A stretch of DNA of 64,000 nucleotides from Stegostoma tigrinum (taxonomy: Eukaryota), in assembly GCF_030684315.1 (NCBI RefSeq), contig NC_081360.1, forward strand, positions 86,851,780-86,915,779, read 5' to 3'. A model generated the notes under the pieces. It did no database searches. It had not been told where the DNA came from and saw only the letters and a list, made by a program, of their open reading frames with translations. Made by a program: the position numbers and the translations under genes. Positions 24,901 through 36,900 of this stretch are shown in pieces; position 1 is the stretch's first letter; every line of letters begins with the position of its first letter.

Positions 24901-27900
24901 CCTCGCCTTAATTTGAATTTGGCTTCAGACTTATATGATTGCTGTCGATAAAAAATGCACATGCATGCAAAGGATGATGGAACATAAGCCAAGCCAGAAA
25001 AAGACACCAGTGTTCATCATCCTCGAACTCAAGTCACTGTATCAGTGAAAAGGTTCTCACCGGCTTCAATAGCCCTACCCAGTAAAGCATTTATTTGGGT
25101 AGATGACATCCACATAAAGCATACCAGCAGATGACTGCTGGTTATCTTGTAGATGGCCAGCATTCTAGTGCAAGCTCCACAGAATTACCTGGCTACTTAG
25201 TCGCCCCGACCTTTTGGCTAGAAGGTTTCTAGGATCATCCAAAACCAAGGTATACTTGCTCTTCTGCTTCTCATAGAAAGCTTTGTATGACTTCTGCTCA
25301 GAATATGGAGATTTAGTTAAAACAATGCATTCTTTTCAATATTTTGGTAAGGGGAGTGTGAGGTGAGGGGAATTAACTGATTTAACTGGTGCATGGGGAT
25401 AAAATATTTCAATATCTGGCTCTAGGACAAGTCATTGCAGTCAGATTTTCTCATAGGATTCAATCTTCTAAGCCTTATCTGAAAATCTGACGCTGGCTAC
25501 CTGAAGTCAGAATCAAAATGTTGATCCCATTTCCGATTACCAGTCACTTGTATCTAAAGAAAGAGAATGACACTTGTGCAGTTTTAAAAGGGCTATATCC
25601 ATGTTTTAAAATTCTTGGCAACAGCTCCTGCAAAAGTGAGCATATATTAGTATTTTTCTTGTAGTCATAGGAGTTGCTGTAAAGACATACCTCAAAATGG
25701 AATAGAAGTAAATATTACTTTAACTGATTAATTGTAATGGTAGAACTCTTAATCATAAAAATAATCAACATGTTTTTTCTCTGGCTGAGACTTGAGTGTT
25801 TTTGAATTTTAATTGTGTCGTTTTTAGCCTCTAGCAGGTTGGAAGTGAGGATCATAACGATTAATGAACTGCCTGGGATGCCAGATAAAGCAAATGATGA
25901 ATATTAACATTCTTTTTGCTTCTGTCAAAAAAACATTTAGGTAGTGTTTGGTTAGATAACTTGGAACATGTGTATTTTAATTACTTACATGGAGATCTAC
26001 AGCCTAATGATACAGTTTATCTTTGCTCTTAATTATTTTCTCAAGCACAGTATAGATTAAAGACGTTACAATTTCATCCTTCATTTCAGTTTTTTGAACA
26101 GAACTGTTTCAACATTCGGGAAGAAGAGATTTAATTAAAAGTGAAACAACGGTGCTAAGGAAGTAGTTTTATTTATACTTGCGGTAAATGGAAAGTCGTA
26201 TATATTTTTACCTCCATTTTTACCTTATAACAATTTCTTGTGTCCTCTATGTAGCAGTTAAGAAAATTGCAAAGAGAAAAGGTGTGGTAAGGAAATAAAT
26301 ATCATTAATGACTATAAAAGCTAAAAGCTATTTCCTACCGTTTGGATTTTGATTCATTTTATCAATGAAGGCTTAAAAAAAAACCTTTTATTAACACAAC
26401 ACACTTCTGTGAAGAGTTCAAGCTCTATACAATTGAGAAAGTCTCAAGCTGCCACAAAGCACCAGACCCATTAAGAAATATTATTGGTACATTAAATAAT
26501 GTTGGTATTCATTAACAAAATCTACTCAGCCTAATATTGACATTTTCTATTCTGTTTATCCTTGAAAGCAAATTCAAAAAAGATAATGCTGTTAACAGAT
26601 TTAGTGTCTATATTTTGGGACAAAAATATAGATCAAGAATGTCCAAGTTTTATGTTGGAAGATGTGTACCAGAGAGCCTTGAGAGTGGTGTGAGGTTGAA
26701 ACCCATGTTCCCATAACCAGTTACCGATACAAACACATCTTGGCACTATGACAAAGGATTCATCCACCGTACGGGTGACAGTGCTAAAACCCTTCAGAGT
26801 CACTGAATACAAAATAGGAGCCATTAACAAGTAAGGGATGCAATGTGTATAGGAGTGAATTGTTTGGGCTTTCGAAAAGGCTTGAAGGCTCCAACTGGCC
26901 CAAGGGTCACATGTTGGATATTTGTAACAGAGACAAATATGGCCTTATTAATTCTGTCCGATTTGCACAAACCTCATCTAAAATTGCTGTTGCCGCCTGA
27001 GCATGCCGGATGTGCGGTGTATCTGCAGTGTACTTGAAGTTGTTTCTTAGTTTTGCAACTGATTCTCGGTACTTGTACTGTAAAAGAAAATATTACAGAT
27101 AAGTAAATTAGACAGCAAAACCTCTCTAAGAGCAGAAAACAGAACAAAATATCTACTTTTTTAGCATATGTTTCATAAATCAGTAAGTAGTTGATTGTTC
27201 GGAATTGTAGAACAGTGAATTCCTTCTAATGGTTTGTTAAATTTATGGTGTCACTGCCTGCTGCTTAGACCACTATTGACCATATTTAATCATATCACAT
27301 TGCAAACGAAACAGATCTTAGGACCTCAGAGTTAGTACGAACTGCAGATGCTGGAGTCAGAGATAACACAGTGTGAAGCTAAAGGAACACAGCAGGCCAA
27401 GCAGCATCAGAGGAGCAGGAAAGTCAATATTTCAGATCGAGGCCCTTCTTCAGAAATGGGGGGAGGGGGAAGGGAGCTGAGAAATACATACAGAGAGGAG
27501 AGATGGGGCTGGGGAAGGTAGATGTGATGGTGATAGGTGACTGCAGAACGGGAGTGGTGGGGATTGGTCAGTGAGGTGGGAGGGGCGGATAGGTGGGAGA
27601 GAAGATGGACAAGTTGTGTCAGGTCAAGGAGGCAGAAATGAGAGGGAGGGTTGAACATGGGTGAGGCCGGGGTTGGGGGGTGTCGAGATTTTGAAACTGG
27701 TAAAATGCAAGTTCAGGTCATCGGGCTGCAGACTCCCGAGGCAGAATACGAGGTGCTGCTCCTTCAGTTTGCGTGTGGTGTCATTGTGACACTGGAGGAG
27801 GCCGAGGGAGTGGGAGGGGGAGTTAAACTGGTTCATAATTGGAAGGTGTTGTCACTTGTCTCATCCGACTTCATCCCATGACTAACCCTCCCTCTTATCC

Positions 27901-30900
27901 CTGTCTCCTTGACCGGACGCAACTTGTCCATCTTTTATCCCACCTATCTGCTCCTCCCACCTCACTGACCAATCCCCACCACTGCCTACCTGCACTCACC
28001 TACCAACATTCCATCTACTTTCCCCAGCCTAACGCCTCCTCTTTCTACTTATTTCTGAGCTCCCTTCCCCATCCTCAGTTCTGAAGAACAGTCCCAATCC
28101 AAAACGTCAATTTTTCTGCTCCTTTGATGTTGCCTGGCCTGCTGTGTTCCTTCAGAACATAGGACCTGACTTGTGAAATGGTGATTATAATTTAACACGT
28201 GTGCATGTTCAGAGTGTTACTCCACATTTTCCTGATCCCTCAGTTGTCAATTTCTGCAATGTTTGAAATAAGACAACCCTGTAGAATGGAGAAGAGATCG
28301 AGAAATAATTGGGGCTTGTAACAAAAGTACTGCAATAACTATTGGAGATTTAGCCTTCATATCGATTAGATGAATCAAAAATGTAAGCAGAAGCAGCCTG
28401 GTTGATGAGTTCATAGAGAGTATTTATGACAGCATCATAGAATGTTACATTCTGAAACCAAATAAAGAATAGACAATTTTAAAACTGGTAATGTACAATG
28501 AACTGTTGATCCCATGGCAAAGGTGCCCTTTAGTTAACAGAATAGAATGTCATGTTCAGGTTGAGGGTTAGAAATGTGAGTCTTAACCTAGTGCTTTTAA
28601 CATAATTAAAGGTAATTACAGGGGTATGAAGACTAAGGTGGCTAGCATGAATCAGGTTAATGGATTAAATGGTAGAGAAGCAGTGGCAGATACTTATGGA
28701 GTGATCTGATAACTCTCAAAAAGGATACATTCCATTGAAAAATAAAGATTTTTGAGAATAATGCACCATCTGTGGCATGATAAACTTTTCTTTACGTAAG
28801 TAATCCGTGATCCCAGAAAACAGCAACCAGAAAATGTGACATTTCCAGCCAGAAATGGGAGTGGGGCTTCTTGCAAGGTTTTCAACTGATCACTCAAATC
28901 GTTTTGGTCATTGAAGAAAAGTTCTGTGTCACAGTTAGTTGAGGAAGGATATAGCATTCAGGGAAGTGAGTATGTGACAGGAGACAGTGCTACAGTTAGT
29001 ACTGCTGGAAAGGCAGCTGAACTATACAGATTCTGTGTAGGAAACTCAGTGAGGAGTTGAAAGCAGTTGGATGTTGCCATGCTATTAGAAATTTGGGAAG
29101 ATATTCTGAAAACTGGTGGGCAGATAAATGTTATAGTTAGGATTCAGAAGAAGAACAACAGAGCTGAGAAGGTAGGAAGCTCACTGGCTGTGAGGTGGGG
29201 AAGCTGTGAGGTAATCAGAAAAGGCTTGCCAGTATTAAGACCTCAGTGCACTGGGATTGTAGTGTCTGCAGAGCTCACAAGCAGTATTTGTTTAGACCAT
29301 AAGGCTTATAAGCTGCAGGAACAGAAGTTGGCATTCAGATCTGCTCTGCCATTCAACAAGATCATGGTTGATCTGATAATCCTCAACTCCACTTTACTGA
29401 CGTTTCCCCATAGCCCTTGATTCCTTTAATGATTAGATATATGTCTATTTCGGGCTTGAATCTACTTAAATCCCAACTTGACACCCCCCTGAGATAAAGG
29501 AATTCTTCAGATTCATCACCTTCAGAGAAAAAAAACTTCCTTATCTCCGACTTAAAAGGGTGACTCCTTGCTTTGAGGTTCTGCCTTCAAGCCTTAATCC
29601 TTTGATCCTAGCTAGAAAATCATAATGAAATTAAATAGCAAATAGTGTACAGAAATAGGCCATTACCCAAGTCACCGAAGTTCCACAGGACCTTCCTTGC
29701 ACCACACCCCATCTAATCTTTTCAGCCTTCTATTCATATCTACATCTTATGTTTAAATTGTATTTCCTTAAACTAGCTATGTGTGTGTGTGATGAGAAAA
29801 TATGTGGTAAAGACAGAATCAGACTCAACTGTCATAATCCCACAGTGGAATAGGTTACTTTCTACACAAGAACGTATGACATTGGAATTGGAGTGAGACA
29901 GCTATCTGTGGAATTAGATAAATTAACATGAATTGGCACCTTCAGTAGAGAAGAGAAAATGAAAGTGAAGTTGAAATTAAATATTCTTACCAAAAATAAA
30001 GGAGCCCTAATGGTCAATAGTGTGTGGAGGCATAAGACTGAAGACTGACAAATATATTTCAAGTTTGTCGACAGCAGGAAATGCTGAAATGTGTGGCCCT
30101 AAACAAAGGCGAAGAGATGTTTCTGAAGAAGAGTCTAGGCCCGAAACATCAGCTATTCTGCTCCTAAGATGCTGCTTGGCCTGCTGTGTTCATCCAGCTT
30201 TACACTTTGTTATCTCAGATTCTCCAGCATCTGCAGTTTCTACTATCTCTGAAGAGATGGCTGGTTCTGCGAAGTGACTAACTCACTCACATGAGCATGC
30301 CAGGTTATACAGCAAAGGTGCACATTCTTACCTGGCTGTAGAGCTCTTTGTTCTTTTCTGCCAACATCAAATCAGGAGTGTCCCATGCATAGCAACCAAT
30401 TCCTCTCAGCCATCCCAAGTCTTCTTTGTATTTAACCTAGTTGGAAAATAATCATTTTTATTTGAGGTGTCTGATTTTGGGCATGTATTTACACTTTGAT
30501 GAAACATTCACATTTTCTGAAAATGAAAATAAGAACTTTTAAATAGTTAATTTCAGTACTTTAAACACTGAACACAGAGAATGGTGGATTGGAAAGGACC
30601 AGAGAGAAAAAAAATTAAGGTCATCCGACCGCTCCCTTCTTGAGAGGCTGTGGAATTTGATGGAATAACGGTCATTTCCTGGTCATGGGTGGGTATATGC
30701 AAGCGTGAGACCCAAGCAGACAAAAAGCAAGTCCATGCCCACACATGGCTATGTGCCTTTTTTAAAAATCATTCAGAGGATGTAGGCATCACCAACTAGG
30801 CCAGCAATTATCACCCAGCCTTATTGCTGAGAGGGCAGTTAAAAGTCAACCACTTTACTGTGGGTCTGGATTTACATGTAGGCCAGGCCTGGTCAGTATT

Positions 30901-33900
30901 GCAGATTTCCTTCCCAAAGGATATTAGTGAATTAGATGAGTTTTTCCTGATAATTTTCAATGGTTTCATGGTCATCATTAGATTCTGATTTCCTAGATTT
31001 ATTCATTGAATTCAAATTCCACTGTTTGCTTGGCAGAATTTGAACCAATGGCAGCAGAACATTACCTGGGTTTTTGGATTAATAGTCTAGCAGTAATACC
31101 ACCAGGCTATCGCCAATCCCATTGTCTTTTGGATGCAGTGCGAAAAAGAGATGAGGTACCTATGCATCTAACAGACCAGCAAGATATCAGCAGGAAAGGA
31201 GGACAGAAGAGATATGGCATGGATTATACAGTAAAAATTCAAAAATAGCGCGTCTAATTATGACAACCTATAGGACAAATTCATCTTCTTCCAGCATTAA
31301 GAATCTGTAAATTGTCGCTTACAGTCCCTGGGTCTATTAGACAGAAAGTCAAAAATAGTATCTAATTAAATGAGACATCCTCTGTACAGGCATATCTAAA
31401 AGTTGGATACACTTTTTTCCTCAGTTTTAAATTTAGATTATCATTTAAATCATTACATGTTTATATATTTAACAGTAGGCAACAGCAACAGATTTAAGAT
31501 TTTAATGGAACTGTATTTTTCTGAATTTCTGTACAAAAGTACAAACTAAAAGAGAACTAAGTTAAAGACTCACAGTGCTGATGGCGTCAGTCACCATACG
31601 GTGGTGCATGTTCTCAGGTGGGTCGGGGATTGATCTCCACAGTCCCAACTGTTGGATGTATTTCTCCTTGTATTTGACCTTGGGCCAGAATGTAAAGAAA
31701 AGGTCACTAACCAGAAATGTGGAAACTGATAAGAAGGTTGCCCTGGGATGTGGAAGGTTTATAAATGTTCCTAACTGGACCTGGTTTACCTTACCCATGA
31801 ATGCTTAGTTGTTCCTGAAGCTGTGTCATTTGAGAATGTTGTGCAATATTTTGACAATTTTCACCCCATCAGTGTATGCCAATCTAAAATGAAGGAACGG
31901 GGTATGGATGCAATAATTTGATCCTTCACTCTAATAGACACTGTTTACAATGATAACCCTGTTTTAGTGATTTCTCCTCAGAAAGATCTGGGATTTGGTT
32001 TTCTGGCCATCTGTTTGGTGCATTTTTGGCACAAGTTCATGTAAAATATATCAGTTGGCTATCCAACTTCCTTTACGTCCAACCCCTACCAGCCCCATAA
32101 CAGAGGAGGCAGGCCAGGTGCCCACTAACTTGCCCATACTAAGGTCTATACACCTTCAGTTATATTCTGGACAGTAGACAATGAGCATGATGGAAAAGGC
32201 TGTTCTGTTACCTATGTTTGATTGAAGGTGGGAAGAAAAGAGGGTAAATCTTTTTTGGAAACATTTTTATGTAGGTCACTGGCTACACCAGTATTCCTTG
32301 CCCATCATTAATTTTCCAGATGACAGTCGAAAGTTAACCACTTTGTTGCGGGTCCAGTATCACATGTAGGCCAGACCAGGTGAGGATGGCAGATTTCCTT
32401 CCCTAAAAGGACATTTGTGAACCAGATGGGCTTTTCTGACAATCATCAATGGACTCATGGTCAACATTAGACGTTTAAGTCCAGATTTTTATTTTTATTT
32501 ATTGAAATCAAGTTCTAACATGTGTGGTGGCAGGATTCAAACTCAGGTCCAGGACACTACCTGGTTGTAAAAGGGGGCAAACCTGCTAGGATGATGGCCC
32601 CCTGTTGTGCTGAGATTGCAACAGGTCCTGGGGATGGTGAAAAAGTAGACTTTGGGTAAAGATGAATGGTCTTGATTAATTAGCAGTTTAAAAGGCCTTC
32701 ACTAGCCTTGGGGCCAGAGAGTTACCCAATATCTCCCTCACTGATGGTAACATCCCAGCAGAAGTGGGAAGGCAATGGGCAAAACAACCCCATCATCCCC
32801 CACAGAATGCTCTCAGGAGATGGAGGGGGGAGGTTCTGGGCTACAGCTAAAAACTTGGCCCTGGTCTTTGTCTTATTGTCAGACAGTGATGACAAGCTGA
32901 AGATATCCATATCTACAGAGAAGAGGCAAAACCAGAAAGGTCACCATCCACTTCAATGTCAGTGTCATTATTCTCTGTAACATGCTCATACAATATGAAT
33001 GGTTTTTAAATACTTCAAAGATTTCAGCTTCCTAAAAATAAACACAGTGTACCTCACTGATATCATCTGTGACTTTGCGATGGTAGACAATGTTCAGAGC
33101 ATCTTTCACTGTACGGTAATGACCTTTAGCATGTTCAAAGGCTTCCTTATAGCGTAACTATTAAAAACAAAAAGAATGTGTTCAATATGTTAAACAACAC
33201 AGGTGGATATGAAATCTCTTTATATATATAAGGGAAAAAGGGATTATTCAATACATACATCACTGGCGATTATGTATGCTTTCTTAGAAATCAACAACGT
33301 TGGAGTGTCTGGAATTGTAGTGTATTTACTCTTGAATTTCTCATATTGTTCCTTGTACTTTTTCTAACATTGGAAAGAAAAAAGACACATTAGAAGCATG
33401 AAATCAACTGAATAATCACAGGCCTTTCTATCTTAACCTTTCACACATTTAGTACATTGCATTCTAGAACCCATTGCATATTGAGAAGAGATATGCATTG
33501 CTAAATATATTTTTTTCAATTTGTTAATTGCCCAGTTTAAATGACAGCAAAATAATTTCATACCCATCGTGTTTTTTTAATCAATTCTGCACATTTTCTT
33601 GACTTGCAATCTAAGCAGCTTATTTTCTTAAAGTGGAATACATTTAAAAATAAATTGAAACAACATATTTATATATATATAATGAGTTCTTACCTCACTG
33701 GCAAAATCTTTGACATGCTTAGCGTGATCCAGGGATGTAGTATGTTCATGAGGAATGTAATGTGGTCTATCTTTTGTAGCTAATTCAACATACAGGTACT
33801 GCAGAAGAAAAGAAAACTTTAATAAGATTGTGGGAATAGGCAGTACTTGGTAGGTCTCACAATACCTTCAAACTAGCAGAGCAATTTTGTCCAGGTATTT

Positions 33901-36900
33901 CTACCATTAACGTGTTTCATTAACACAAATTGGCTGTAACATGATTGATGAATAGCACATGCTGTTTGGATAACACAAACTTTCTGCTTTACAGATATTG
34001 CAATTTTCTATAGCTATTTTCCAAAATACAATTTTCTACAGCGCAATTTTCCATAGCACGAGGTCACGCAAGAATGCAACTATTGTGTTATAGGAGAACT
34101 ACCTGTAATATATCTTTCCACACTGAAGAACACAACAGTTTTTGAATATTCTATCATCTTACACATTGATACATCAGCTATTTTGAATTGATAACTTTTT
34201 TTTTAATCTTTCTGACCGTAGTCAGAAATTATATTCAATACATATATTGCTTTGGCATCACATAAAACCTTCTTTCAGTTTTTGCTTAGAAGCTTTGAGA
34301 TATCAACGAGTGTTAAGACTTTTAAATATAAGAATTATAATTTTCATTTAACACCTTGTCCAACCTCACCTGACTCTGTATTTTCTGGCCATGTTTGGCT
34401 CGGTTTAGATCCACAGTATCAAGCCTTGTTGTGTATTTTGTCTTTGCTTCATTTCCTTGAGCACGGTATACCAACTAAAATTGACAAGAAGCAAATGAAA
34501 GCATCAATTATCTTGTTAAAATGTGGCACACGTTATGTTTTGTCCTTGTTCAGATATATAATAAGTTTGGGTGTAGCACATGTACCAAATTTGTCATCCT
34601 GTTTCAAGAGTGTCCAGGGGGAGCTTAATCCTGTCAGGGTCTACATTTTGCTCGGTTAGGAATGTACACCCATGTCATTGCCATGACAAATGAACCTTTC
34701 AAAACTGATACTTATAGATTTTTTGCTGGAAGACAGTAGGTAGAGAAATGGAGTTAAGGTATTATTAAGACTGGCCCTCAGCACTGTCGACTTCCTTGGC
34801 TCATATTGGATTGTCAGTTGTGTCATAGAAATTTGATTGAGTTCCAATCTTGTATCGGCAAGCAAATCACATTAGAGTGTAATGAACCCACTGATAAGTG
34901 CTCTAATCTTCCTCCTTCACAAAGAATGAGCTGATCAATGTAAAGTTCACAATTAAGGACTGAAACTCATGCTCAGGGCACATAAGATAACAAAAGGTCC
35001 CTCAAAGCAACATGACTGGCCAAAAAGGTGATATATATTTTGGCATGGAGAATATTGGTGCCTTAGATTGGAAGTGTAGAGATTCAAAAACAAATTTAAG
35101 CTCTGAGAAATCTTACAGTGTGTGATCACAAGGTTTCATACATAATGTCAAACAAATCACAAAATCTTCAGCAAGGTTATGACTTGTGATGTACTAGCTG
35201 GCATCTTGATGGTCCCTGTATTAAGTTCAATGCCGAGCGCAATGATTAAACATTAACCAGTGAATAATTCAGATCCTTTTATTGTGTTCTTGCCAGAAAG
35301 AGGATGAGCCCATTATAAGGTAGATCACCTTTCTTGAATTCTGAGATGTAATAAGATACATTCTCAAGCTCTCTCCCCCTGAAGATTGAACTTGAGGTTA
35401 TGATTCCATTCTTATTTGCATACCATGAAGTGGTGTATTTAAAGTTATACACTTACATTGCTCAAGTGAGTTTTCAGTTCCGTCACACGTCTATATTCAG
35501 GAGTATCAAGAACTGAAGTATGCTTGTCACGTATTTTTTTGGCAGCTTTGTCATAGCCAGTCTGAAAGATACACACAAAAATGAAGTTTAAAATTTTTTC
35601 TTTAAAACTGGACTGGGAGGATAAATATTTTCAGAATTACCTCTTACTATCTCAGGAGTTACATGTTTACCCTCTGTAAAATAAGCTGTCAAAATGAAGG
35701 ATTAACTCCACTTTTGTCACTCTACAGATGATGCGAGATCAACTGAGCATTTCCAGAATCTATGGTTTTATTCCAGAATTTCACTGTTCACGGTGTTTTC
35801 CTGTCATTTACTTAGAGGTAAGGCAGAGGAAACCATAGGGCAGCTCTCTCATTTCTCTCTGGTGCTTGTTTAACCTGAGGTCCACTATGGCTCAGACAAG
35901 GAGTGAGGTTGTGAAGGTGGGACCTTCATGGTGATCTCACCTGGTGCAGGAACTGCACCCATGTTGTTGGCATCACTCTGCATCAGAAGCAGCCATTTTG
36001 TGACTGAATGGAATTTATCTCTGGAATTCCCTGTTCCTGGTCATCATCCATGATCTTAGACTGATAATTTTTTTGCTAAGTTAGAATTCGCTTTTACGGC
36101 ATAATTTTAAGATCACAATAACTGCATGGTTCAAATCTTGGGTCTCTCTTTATTCCACTATTCTATATGTTGCTATTGAATCAAATAGCAATGGCTCGTC
36201 TTTGCGAGTACATTATTATTTCCACACAAAAGTCTTTGAATTACAAGTACTTTCTAACACCACAAGACAATTTACTTGAAGAAGAACAATAGTATATCTA
36301 TATTACGAGATAAAGAAAACATACCCAGAATTTGTGGAAGTCACGCACTCGTATCATTTCAGGCGTTCCATACAAGAAGCATCCAATGCCCCTCAGCCAC
36401 TGGAGATCTTCCTTGTATTTATTCTATATAAGAAATAGTCACAAACTTAGCACCATTCAGAAAACATTAAGGGGCAATTTAAACAAAATGTATGAATAAG
36501 CAAGGACAGATTTAATAATTACATTGCTAGTGATGATGCCAACATATCGGTGATGGAGTAGCTCAGGAGTGATGGGAAGGGAAATCTTCTGACCCTTGAA
36601 CCGGAAGTAGTCCGACTTATATGCCAGCTAAAAGAAGACAACAAATCAAATCATTTAATGCTGTTCAGCCAATAAAGTATGCTTGGTTAAATTATTGAGA
36701 CAAGTTCATTCAATTCCTAAGCTTACATCACTGATTGCCTCCTGTGTAGCTTTGACTTGGCGAAGTTCTGGAGTGTCATGCGTTGGGTGAATCTTGTCTT
36801 TGTGAGTGTCATAATGCAATCGATACAGTCGCTGCAATAGGAAAAGTATGAAATGCATCAAATATTCACCTCTTGCACAGTGATCTTTGCTGATCAATGT

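Noticed and set aside
25570-25680. Minus-strand SNSYDYKK stretch as a possible third alternative exon
   Set aside because: The nearest acceptor gives an in-frame stop in phase 0, and there is no DTP-like motif or suitably placed donor.
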